Of a DNA stretch of 64,000 nt, positions 10,158-18,920 are shown one piece after another. Under the pieces are notes generated by a model. That model had not been told where the DNA came from and did not search any database. It saw only the letters and a program-made list of their open reading frames with translations. The position numbers were made by a program, and so were the translations under genes. The DNA comes from Candidatus Heimdallarchaeum aukensis. GTDB lineage: Archaea > Asgardarchaeota > Heimdallarchaeia > Heimdallarchaeales > Heimdallarchaeaceae. How positions within the stretch are numbered: position 1 is the stretch's first letter; each line of letters begins with the position of its first letter. The stretch spans positions 1,984,001-2,048,000 of the forward strand of contig CP084166.1 in assembly GCA_021513695.1 (NCBI GenBank), read 5' to 3'.

Positions 10158-10970
10158 TTGAGATTAAAAACAAAAAAACGTGGTGCTAGTAATATTATTG
10201 CAACACTTGTAATCTTCGTAGTCATGCTTTCTGCAATAACTTTGGCATTTTCGCAAGTACTCCCATCTGTTGAAAAATTTCAAGCAAGTTCAGATTTTGT
10301 AGCTGCTGAAAACACATTCATGAATATTGATAGTTCAATTAAAAAATTAATTAATTCTCCTGAAAATGCTTCAGAAATTATCCGTTATGAAATAAATAAA
10401 GGAATTTTAGATATGTCTTTTGATCGTTCAATTAATCTCGCTATAGAATCAGAAAAAGTTGTGATATTTAACTATTCAACCTTACTTGGACAGTTAACTT
10501 ATCAGCTAGATGGTCACTACAAAGGATATGGTGGCTCAATTTATAGTGTAGGTTCACCTGATTTACTAGTTTATTCACCAAACAGAACTACTGATGTAAC
10601 TAATATCGTATATCAGACTTTTGATGGCTATAAACTCCTTAAATTATACTATGATATATTCGTTTCAATTGAAAATGTAAAGTCAGACGAAGTTGAAGTT
10701 AACTTTATACTCATAAATTTGAACACTACCCACGTAAATAATAATCAAAAAGAGTATTTTCCATTAATCAATAGTGAAGCAAAACTCGAGTTGTCTAAAA
10801 GAGCGCAAATCCTAAAGTCATATTCTTTAGGAACATTCAGTACTGATTTAACAATTAATGCTGAAACTTCGAATTATCTACAGAAGTTAGATTATGATTA
10901 TGCTCCATCAACATCTTTTTCGTTAGTTGTTAACATTATTACAGTTGACATCAACTTTAGCATAGTTTAA
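10158..10970 (+). CDS. putative secreted pilin-like protein with class III (prepilin-type) signal peptide
   Basis: The N-terminus LRLKTKKRG/ASNIIATLVIFVVMLSAITLAF is a basic stretch followed by a hydrophobic helix. Many N-x-S/T sequons follow. TTG start 8 nt downstream of aggtga. Confidence 0.35.
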   Translation: MRLKTKKRGASNIIATLVIFVVMLSAITLAFSQVLPSVEKFQASSDFVAAENTFMNIDSSIKKLINSPENASEIIRYEINKGILDMSFDRSINLAIESEKVVIFNYSTLLGQLTYQLDGHYKGYGGSIYSVGSPDLLVYSPNRTTDVTNIVYQTFDGYKLLKLYYDIFVSIENVKSDEVEVNFILINLNTTHVNNNQKEYFPLINSEAKLELSKRAQILKSYSLGTFSTDLTINAETSNYLQKLDYDYAPSTSFSLVVNIITVDINFSIV

Positions 10971-11246
10971 TCCATTTTTTTATGTTTTTGTGATATTTAA
11001 GATAAAAAAAATATACAATGGCACCATTTTAATAGTTGCATTTTCATAATTTTATTGGCGAAGTTTTCCTCCGTGAATCTAGACTTATGGTATATATTAC
11101 CTCGGATGAAAGATTCTTCTCGAAACTTCGCCATTTATTTCATAGTAAAGAAGATTAGCGAGCAGATATTTATATCTCTAAAATCATTCTAATAGTAGAT
11201 TTTTATAACACTAGTTAAGAAAAAACACTTTTTTTCAAAATAAGAG

Positions 11247-11393
11247 TTATTCAATAATTTCATAGTACATACAAGATGGGCAAATCCAATATTTTTTTGG
11301 TTCTTTAAGTTCCATATCGTCAGGTAGATAATCATATTTTTTTATCATTTTTCCATTGCATTTTGGACAATCTTTTATTTCTTCATCAGGCAC
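11247..11393 (-). CDS. small zinc-ribbon protein (48 aa, two C-P-x-C pairs)
   Basis: Read manually as VPDEEIKDCPKCNGKM...YWICPSCMYYEIIE. GTG start 5-6 nt downstream of ggaagg. Too short for the ORF track. Confidence 0.25.
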   Translation of the reverse strand: MPDEEIKDCPKCNGKMIKKYDYLPDDMELKEPKKYWICPSCMYYEIIE

Positions 11394-11524
11394 TTCTTTT
11401 CCTTCCTTAGAACTCTAAAATAGTATTAATTCAATCTAATAAAAATTTTCAGTATACATCTTTTAGTGATAATCAATTTTTTTATATATATAGCAATAAA
11501 TATAATAATTAGAGAGATTTCAAG

Positions 11525-13426
11525 ATGCTTATGGCACTAGAAAAATGGCTCAGTAAGAAAGATATTAAAAAACTTGAAGCTTTGAACAACCCGAAGGTTA
11601 TACAAGTGGTTGAAGAATTTTTCTCATTGTGTAAACCTGAAAAGGGAGTAGTTATTGACGATTCTGATGAAGATATTAATTATGTAAGAAAACTAGCATT
11701 AGAGCTTGGTGAAGAAAAACCTTTGGATTTAGATGGACATACAATTCATTTTGATTCTTATTATGATCAAGCTAGAGATAAAGCCAATACTCGTTTACTT
11801 GTTCCTGCTGAGAAAAAGGATGAATATGGAAAGCACATTAATACTATAGATCGAAATGAAGGGTTAAAAGAGATACTGTCTATAATGGATGGATGTATGA
11901 AAGGGAAACTTGCTATTATTCGCTTTTTCTGTCTTGGACCAACAAATTCTGATTTTTCAATTTCAGCTTTACAAATTACTGATTCAGCTTATGTAGCTCA
12001 TTCCGAGGATATTCTTTATAGAAAGGGATATGAACAATTTAAAAGATTAAAAGACCCTAATGATTTCTTCTATTTTATTCATTCAGCTGGACCTTTAACA
12101 GACAAGAACGTCACCAAAAATATTGATAAAAGACGTATTTACATTGATCTAGAAGAAAATAGAGTTTTATCAGTAAACAATCAATATGCAGGTAATAGTT
12201 TGGGACTCAAAAAACTCGCGCTTCGTTTAGCAATAAATAAAGCTATCAATGAGGGTTGGTTAACCGAACACATGTTTATTTCTGCAGTAATACCACCAAA
12301 AAAGAATAGAAAAACCTACTTCTTAGGTGCATTTCCAAGTGCTTGTGGGAAAACAAGCACTGCTATGATTCCTGGTAATTCTATAGTTGGCGATGATATC
12401 GCCTACTTAAGGATTAACAAAGAGGGAGAAGTAAGAGCTGTTAATATTGAGAGCGGAATTTTCGGAATTATTCGAGATGTAAATCCTAAGGATGATCCAG
12501 AAATATATAAAGCTTTGACCACTCCAGGAGAAACAATTTTCTCTAATGTGCTAGTAAAAGATGGAAAACCCTATTGGCTAGGAATGGGAGATGATATTGA
12601 AATTCCAAAAACTGGGACAAATTGGACTACTTCTCTTCTTGGGGACTGGGAAGAAGGAAAGAAAGATGAAGAAGGAAATGAATTGAAATTCTCTCACCCT
12701 AATGCTCGGTATACAATTAGAATTGAAGATCTAGAAAATTGTGATGAAGCTTTAAATGACCCTGAAGGAGTGAAAGTCTCTGCTATTATTTATGGTGGAA
12801 GAGATAGCGATACTTCGGTTCCTGTATACGAATCTTTTGATTGGAATCATGGGGTTTTCGTAGGTGCTTCTGTAGAATCAGAGACTACTGCTGCAACACT
12901 TGGAAAAGCAGGAGTAAGAAAGCATCAACCGATGGCTAACCTAGATTTTATAGTGGTACCATTAGGTAAATACCTTAAAGCCCATTATGAGTTTGGTAAA
13001 AAGGTCAAAGAAGATAAACGCCCAAAAATCTTTTCAACCAATTACTTCCTAAAAGATGAAAATAACAAATATTATGATGAAATCCTAGATAAAAAGATAT
13101 GGTTGCTTTGGGCTGAAAGTAGAGTACATAACGAATGTGAAGCTATTGAAACACCAATAGGTTATATTCCAAAATATGAGGATCTTGCAAAATTATTCAA
13201 AGATGTATTCAATATTGATTACTCAAAAGAAAGGTACGAAGCAGAGTTTTCAATCAGAGTTGATAAATTCTTGGAGAAACTTGATAGAATAGAAGCAATA
13301 TTTAAAGAAGAGAAAATGATGCCTGAGGAGTTCTTTATTGAACTTAATAATCAACGAAAACGACTTTTAGAAGCAAAAGAAAAATACAAAACTGGTATCA
13401 TATCTCCTTTTTCTTTTCTTAACTAA
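11525..13426 (+). CDS. pckG: phosphoenolpyruvate carboxykinase (GTP)
   Basis: Kinase-1a P-loop FPSACGKTS. Size and overall similarity fit GTP-PEPCK. Confidence 0.9.
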   Translation: MLMALEKWLSKKDIKKLEALNNPKVIQVVEEFFSLCKPEKGVVIDDSDEDINYVRKLALELGEEKPLDLDGHTIHFDSYYDQARDKANTRLLVPAEKKDEYGKHINTIDRNEGLKEILSIMDGCMKGKLAIIRFFCLGPTNSDFSISALQITDSAYVAHSEDILYRKGYEQFKRLKDPNDFFYFIHSAGPLTDKNVTKNIDKRRIYIDLEENRVLSVNNQYAGNSLGLKKLALRLAINKAINEGWLTEHMFISAVIPPKKNRKTYFLGAFPSACGKTSTAMIPGNSIVGDDIAYLRINKEGEVRAVNIESGIFGIIRDVNPKDDPEIYKALTTPGETIFSNVLVKDGKPYWLGMGDDIEIPKTGTNWTTSLLGDWEEGKKDEEGNELKFSHPNARYTIRIEDLENCDEALNDPEGVKVSAIIYGGRDSDTSVPVYESFDWNHGVFVGASVESETTAATLGKAGVRKHQPMANLDFIVVPLGKYLKAHYEFGKKVKEDKRPKIFSTNYFLKDENNKYYDEILDKKIWLLWAESRVHNECEAIETPIGYIPKYEDLAKLFKDVFNIDYSKERYEAEFSIRVDKFLEKLDRIEAIFKEEKMMPEEFFIELNNQRKRLLEAKEKYKTGIISPFSFLN

Positions 13427-13555
13427 TTTTTTCTTTCTTTTCGTGTTTTATCATTTTAATTATAGCCGTTAAGCAGGCCTTTTTTCGTATTTTAAGAATC
13501 AGTAAAAATTGGGTAAATCAAAGATTTTTTATTGTAAATTAATTCTTATTGATTA

Positions 13556-14098
13556 ATGAAAACTTTATGGGAAAAAATAGAAACTGGACCTAATCCTCCA
13601 GAAGAGGTATTTGTCATTATAGAAAATCCAAAAAATAATAAAAATAAATACGAATTTAGAAAAGAAGGTTACCTAGTGCTTGATCGTGTTCTTCATTCAT
13701 CTGTACATTTTCCAGGAGACTATGGATTAATTCCTAGAACATATTATGAAGATGGAGATGCTTTGGATATTTTAGTTTTGATTACAGAACCTACTTTCCC
13801 AGGGTGTGTTCTTCCAGCTAGACCTATAGGTGTTCTGAAGATGCGTGATGAAAAAGGGAGAGATGATAAAATACTAGCAGTAGCAAGTGGAGACCCGTTA
13901 TATCATGATGTTTACACACTAAAAGATATCTATCCTCATACCTTAGCTGAAATTGCAGAATTTTTTAGGACCTACAAAGGTCTAGAATATGGAAAAAATA
14001 CAGAAGTTATAGGCTGGGGTTCAAAAGAAGAAGCTTTTGAAACTATAACTAATTCTATGAGACTTTATAATAAATTATTTGCTAATCAAGATCAATAG
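13556..14098 (+). CDS. ppa: inorganic pyrophosphatase
   Basis: Family I PPase motifs DGDALDILV and YPHTLAEI. 180 aa. Confidence 0.9.
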   Translation: MKTLWEKIETGPNPPEEVFVIIENPKNNKNKYEFRKEGYLVLDRVLHSSVHFPGDYGLIPRTYYEDGDALDILVLITEPTFPGCVLPARPIGVLKMRDEKGRDDKILAVASGDPLYHDVYTLKDIYPHTLAEIAEFFRTYKGLEYGKNTEVIGWGSKEEAFETITNSMRLYNKLFANQDQ

Positions 14099-14154
14099 AT
14101 TAATAGAAATAAGTCAGAATAAATATTGTAGTTCAGCTATAGAGGAAAATATCC

Positions 14155-14568
14155 TTATTTTTCTACAGGGATATTTCCTGAAGGTAGTAATTCGCTTAAA
14201 AGATATTTACTCTTTTCTCCTTTATCATTTACAACAATTATTTTAATATCCTTTTTATTGAGTTGAGAAAATTCGAAAAGCTTTTGCCTACATGAGCCAC
14301 AAGGAAGGACAGGAGGAGAACAATAAGAATAAATTAAAATTGAATCAAAATTTTTTTCTCCATTTTTTACAGCAGCTCCAATCGCATTTAACTCTGCATG
14401 TAAAGCAATATAGTCAGAAAATTCAACATTACAACCAGTATATATTTTTCCTGAAGCTGTAAGTAAAGCTGCTCCAACACGAAAATTACTATAAGGAGCA
14501 TATGCCTGCAATGAAACTTCTTTTGCCTTAATAACTAGTTTTTGGATATTTTTTTCTGTATCGTGCAT
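14155..14568 (-). CDS. cdd: cytidine deaminase
   Basis: Zn-binding HAELNAI ... PCGSCRQ motifs of the CDA family. 137 aa. Confidence 0.8.
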   Translation of the reverse strand: MHDTEKNIQKLVIKAKEVSLQAYAPYSNFRVGAALLTASGKIYTGCNVEFSDYIALHAELNAIGAAVKNGEKNFDSILIYSYCSPPVLPCGSCRQKLFEFSQLNKKDIKIIVVNDKGEKSKYLLSELLPSGNIPVEK

Positions 14569-14631
14569 AAGGATATTTATAAAAGAGAATTAATAAATTT
14601 TCTACTGTATTATTGCAAATTTTAATGCTAA

Positions 14632-15183
14632 CTAAAAAATCTCTTCTGTATCGTCATCTAATGCATCTAAATTTAAAGTAATAACGTTTTGAGTTTCAAT
14701 TACAAGATTTTTTTCTTTTAAAAGAGGAACAACGCGATTTTTCAAAGTGACAACAGGTATTTTAGTTTTCTTACTGAGTTTATCATAATTGGAAGAATAA
14801 TTATCTAATGAAGCTAAAGCAAGAAGAACAGAAATATTCTCTTTTTGACTTGGAATCCAAGTAGTAATGACTTTTAGAGTGAATTTCAAACCAGACAGAA
14901 GCATAGTCTTTTTCTTAAATTCTTCTTCTAATTTTTCATATTTGTTTTTGAAATATTCTAATTGTTGAACTTCATTAATCAATTTTTTATTATCGTTTTT
15001 TAGCTCTTTATTCTCATCAGCTATTTTCTTTGCTTCTTTTTTTAAGTTGTCATATTCAAGGTCAAGCTCGTTTATTTCACTTAGTTGTTTTTTTAATGAA
15101 TCAATCTCATCTTCCAGTCGACTATGTTCATAGGTGACTAAATTATCAATTTGCTTTAATAGTTCTCTAACTTTGTCTATCAT
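14632..15183 (-). CDS. coiled-coil protein with C-terminal putative winged helix
   Basis: The N-terminal ~100 aa is a heptad-rich E/K/L coiled coil. Its start abuts the tgtA stop, suggesting an operon. Confidence 0.35.
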   Translation of the reverse strand: MIDKVRELLKQIDNLVTYEHSRLEDEIDSLKKQLSEINELDLEYDNLKKEAKKIADENKELKNDNKKLINEVQQLEYFKNKYEKLEEEFKKKTMLLSGLKFTLKVITTWIPSQKENISVLLALASLDNYSSNYDKLSKKTKIPVVTLKNRVVPLLKEKNLVIETQNVITLNLDALDDDTEEIF

Positions 15184-16776
15184 TTAATCTTCCTCACTTT
15201 TTTCTTTAGAAGTATAGACGTTTAGTTCAACTTTATCTAACATTTGTAATTTATCTTGAAGCTTATCCCTAATTGAATTGAGTTTTTCTTTTCTTTCTGC
15301 AGGAAGAATGATGATCTCACTATATCCTTTTTTCATTATATAATTAATCGTAACCTCTATGGCTTTTTCTAGGATGATAGAGTCAATGACATTAGAAAAA
15401 ACAAATTGCGAGAAGGGGTAAGTTTCATGAAGTTCAAAAGGAAAGACACCGAAAAAGGGTAAAAAGAGAGATACATCGGCAGAAGATAAATGGTTAATTA
15501 GTTTATCTTTTAGCTCTGGATTAAGATTAAAAAGTTCAATAGGTGTTTTTTCTCCTGAAAGTAAGTAAATGTAAAGGCTTTCACTATTTTTCTGATAGTT
15601 TTTTAGAATACGTTCTCTGATAATTTTGAATTCAGGTCGATCAAAAGAAAGATGATTATAGATTTTTAAGCCTCCACTTTTTGTGATAGGGGTTCCGATA
15701 TCAAAAAAACCTTTTTTACTAAGATCTGTCAAAACATGAAAAGCTTGGTAAAGATTGGGATGGCTGAGAGCTCGTTGTTCAAGTAATTCCCATAAATTAC
15801 CATTACGAATTGCTTCACGAATTAACTTGATTTCGGTAGATGAAATATGTAAATTGTGAGCTGCAAGAGCACGAATACGTTCATTATGTGGGCTCTCTCT
15901 TAATTCTTGAGGAGTATATTTTGAACAAACCTCGCAATCACAAGGAAACTCTTGGATGTTATCAAGAATAAGTGTACCTGTAGAAGTCATGTAACGGTTG
16001 TCTTTAGCAAAGAGGATATAGGCTGCACTATCAAAAGTATCACCTCCCAAAGCAACAATAAAAGGAAAAATCATAGGATGACCAGCACCGAAAATGTGCA
16101 ATGGAATGTGATAAGGAAGGTTACTTCGTGCATGATGAATCATAGAGAAAAGAGTAGTGTAATCATATGAAGCCATAATAGGAACAACACTACCTAGGGC
16201 ATAAAAACTGAAATAATCGAGATAATTCTTTTCCTTAACTTTTTGAATATAATTATCAATAAGAGAGACATTCTTTCCTCCTTGGATTGGGAGTGTCCAT
16301 AAAGTTTTGTCATGCGTTTTTACATGATCTAAAGACAATTCTATACGTTCAATTGTTTGTTCCATTTTGTTTTTGGCTTCATCAAAACTATCAGAAGGGG
16401 GAGTGGGAACGTCAAGTATAACACCAATATCAGTTTGAACTAATGATTGAAGTTCTAAAGATTGAAGAGGGGAAATAGAGACGTCTCCATAAGCAAGAAT
16501 TTGATATGCTCCACTATCCATCATAACAATGCCATCGAAGTCCAAAGTCTGATGAATCGGAGGGGAATGAACGTTGGGCATACCGTATCGTTTCAAATAC
16601 AAATAAGAGCTAGTAATAAGAAAATTAAAGCCAAATGTGTGTTTCATTTCATGAGGTGTGATGATATTATCCCTGGGATCAACGACAGGAACAAGTGTAG
16701 GAGTTAAAATTTTCTTATTGTTAACTTCAAAAAAAGTTATTCTGGAGTGAAGATCAGAGGAAAGAATCTCAAGCAT
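15184..16776 (-). CDS. tgtA: archaeosine tRNA-guanine transglycosylase
   Basis: TGT catalytic core plus the Zn motif CDCEVCSKY. I trimmed the start to an internal Met, because the longer ORF to 16914 adds a hydrophobic N-terminus atypical for aTGT. Confidence 0.8.
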   Translation of the reverse strand: MLEILSSDLHSRITFFEVNNKKILTPTLVPVVDPRDNIITPHEMKHTFGFNFLITSSYLYLKRYGMPNVHSPPIHQTLDFDGIVMMDSGAYQILAYGDVSISPLQSLELQSLVQTDIGVILDVPTPPSDSFDEAKNKMEQTIERIELSLDHVKTHDKTLWTLPIQGGKNVSLIDNYIQKVKEKNYLDYFSFYALGSVVPIMASYDYTTLFSMIHHARSNLPYHIPLHIFGAGHPMIFPFIVALGGDTFDSAAYILFAKDNRYMTSTGTLILDNIQEFPCDCEVCSKYTPQELRESPHNERIRALAAHNLHISSTEIKLIREAIRNGNLWELLEQRALSHPNLYQAFHVLTDLSKKGFFDIGTPITKSGGLKIYNHLSFDRPEFKIIRERILKNYQKNSESLYIYLLSGEKTPIELFNLNPELKDKLINHLSSADVSLFLPFFGVFPFELHETYPFSQFVFSNVIDSIILEKAIEVTINYIMKKGYSEIIILPAERKEKLNSIRDKLQDKLQMLDKVELNVYTSKEKSEED

Positions 16777-17387
16777 AAAGAAAAGAACGAATAATTGTAT
16801 AAAAGAATAACCATAAGCAACAGAGAAGCAAAATCGCGACCAAAAATGTATAAGTAAGTTGATTTGTGAAGGTACAAAATTGATCATTTTTGTGGTTTCG
16901 AGTGGGTCAAGCACAATTGAGAAGTTTCTGAAGGAAAAACAAGAGCATATTTTCTATTGTTAATGGTTACATTAATTATCTTGATTAGTTTAGTTTTTCT
17001 AGTAATGTAAGGTGAAGGTCTAACGTTGCTCTATTCATTTAAAACGCTCTAACATCTCTGATTTAATAAAGAATCTTTGATTCTTGATAAATTCAAAGAT
17101 TTCGAGCAGTTTTCACTTGACAAAGCTTAACTAGGTCAGAACGAAATTCGTAATGGATGTTTAACATCTAAAATCATCCAACTTGAAATGTATTCGATTG
17201 ACCTTAAATGCCATAAAATAGTAATATTAGAACATTTTAGTATAAAAAAAGCATCACAAAACCCGCTCCAAGAGTACATATTCGCATTAAATAAAAGAAA
17301 CAGGGCATACGTTTAAATTTTTGCTGAAAAATCGAAGATTCAATTTTATCAAGCGAAAAATAGAGTGGTTAGAAAAAAGTAGAAAAA

Positions 17388-17864
17388 TCATTTTTTGTTT
17401 CTTCTCCCAAAAAATTGAATTACAAAAGTAGTTAGGAAAGCAAGAATAACTGAACACAAATCAATAACTATAAGTATGATAGTCTCTATTTGAGCATTCG
17501 TGCGCAACAAATTACCTTCAAATATAAGGAAAATTATTAAACCTAAAAGAAGATAACATAGACCAACACTGACAAATATCAAGGTGTGTTTCATGTTCAG
17601 ATATCCTTTCCACAATAGCAGAATAACTATCGTTGCAGTCAAAAGCGAAAATGCAATTAAAGATGGCCAAAAGATCCAAGAATTATATTTGAAGAAATCT
17701 TCAACGGAATCATATGCTTCTTCAAGGCTAGCAAATAGAATAAATAAGAGTAATAATGAGCAAAAACTTGTGGCAAAAAATATAACAAACCATCTAAAAT
17801 GTTGAATGATAGTGTGTTGTTTGCTGAAGTTCTGTTTTGCTTTATTAAAGTATTTCGTATCCAT
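17388..17864 (-). CDS. small integral membrane protein (about 4 TM)
   Basis: Hydrophobic helices throughout; 158 aa. Confidence 0.35.
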   Translation of the reverse strand: MDTKYFNKAKQNFSKQHTIIQHFRWFVIFFATSFCSLLLLFILFASLEEAYDSVEDFFKYNSWIFWPSLIAFSLLTATIVILLLWKGYLNMKHTLIFVSVGLCYLLLGLIIFLIFEGNLLRTNAQIETIILIVIDLCSVILAFLTTFVIQFFGRRNKK

Positions 17865-18113
17865 TTTTTACCTCCAGAAATCCTAAATACACTATAGTAT
17901 ATGGTCGGTAGCCATGGATTATCAACTATTTCTCTACATAAATGGATGCACAATTAAATGTATTATGTTTTACTTTTTTCATTAAAAGAGAGTAGGACTA
18001 TTTATTAAAATTTTGTCTATTCTGCATATCTAGGAACTTAAATTTGTTAATTATTTTGAATTGAGTAGAAGAAACCTGCTTTATGGTTAATCTGTCATTA
18101 AATCTAAGTAGCT

Positions 18114-18470
18114 CTATTGTTGACAATTTGACGAACTGTGGAAGGAGAGAGGCACATTTAGAGAACGTATTAAAAGCGTCCCGTTTCCTCCACTTCCTCC
18201 AGATGAACCTTGAGTCATTGTAAAGGTAAACGTTTGGCGTAAAAGATGGTCGTAATCCAAAAAACTGCCAGTAAGTTCATCAACTTCTGAAGTAAACCAA
18301 TGTGAATTTGAATAAGTTCGCACGCTCAATGCAGTTAATCCATCCCAATATGAAGTAACATAGTGTTCCTGCTCAAAGTTTATGTTATCATCTAGATGAT
18401 TAACATGAAGTTCCCATTCAGGGTCATCCCCATTATCTGGACAGTCATTGGTACTGTATTCATAATCCAC
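18114..18470 (-). CDS. hypothetical protein (GTG start; possibly a fragment)
   Basis: ORF with no ATG; its first codon is GTG. D/E-rich N-terminus and a GSSGGSGGNG linker. Weak. Confidence 0.15.
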   Translation of the reverse strand: MDYEYSTNDCPDNGDDPEWELHVNHLDDNINFEQEHYVTSYWDGLTALSVRTYSNSHWFTSEVDELTGSFLDYDHLLRQTFTFTMTQGSSGGSGGNGTLLIRSLNVPLSFHSSSNCQQ

Positions 18471-18763
18471 AAAAGTATCAAGTATATCCGTTATATAGGT
18501 GCCAGCATATGTGAAATAATGGAGCTCTGAATCAGAAAGTATTCGTTTTTCTATTTCATGAAAATATGAACTCTCTTTCTATCGGAAATAAAACTGAATC
18601 AATAATCAATAAGTTTTTATTAACGACAAAAAAAGTAGTTATTGTGGAAAAAATCCACAGAAAACTGTTGTGAAATGCCTTAACCGGCAAGAAAAGCAAG
18701 AACTGCTTTATTATTGAAAAAACATTCTCTTAACAACTCACAAAAATAGAAAATGTGAGTGAA

Positions 18764-18778
18764 CGATAATTATATAAA
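18764..18778 (+). promoter_or_regulatory. candidate rRNA promoter (BRE/TATA-like cgataaTTATATAAA)
   Basis: AT-rich TATA-like box about 90 nt upstream of the 5-prime processing-stem half. Position fits an archaeal rRNA promoter. Confidence 0.3.
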
Positions 18779-18866
18779 GGGAAGAAAGTCAAGAAAAAAC
18801 ACTAAAAAATCATGAAAAACATGATGATTATCAACTCCAAGAACTGGTAAGTTAAGTAAAAAACCA

Positions 18867-18889
18867 GTCAGCTGACAAGAACTCTCCAA
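18867..18889 (+). other. 5-prime half of pre-23S rRNA processing stem
   Basis: gtcagctgacaagaactctccaa is the perfect reverse complement of 22366..22388. Both halves have an adjacent CCAAATAGG box. Confidence 0.8.
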
Positions 18890-18920
18890 ATAGGCGAAAA
18901 CTGATATCTAAAGTAATCGA

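Noticed and set aside
15952-16707. ORFs 15952..16170+ and 16462..16707+ antisense to tgtA; also 17584..17805+ and 17657..17953-, which overlap the membrane-protein gene
   Set aside because: Antisense or overlapping chance ORFs without start context.
16777-16914. N-terminal 46-aa extension of the tgtA ORF
   Set aside because: Hydrophobic extension not found in aTGT. An internal Met gives an N-terminus matching the family, so I trimmed the start.
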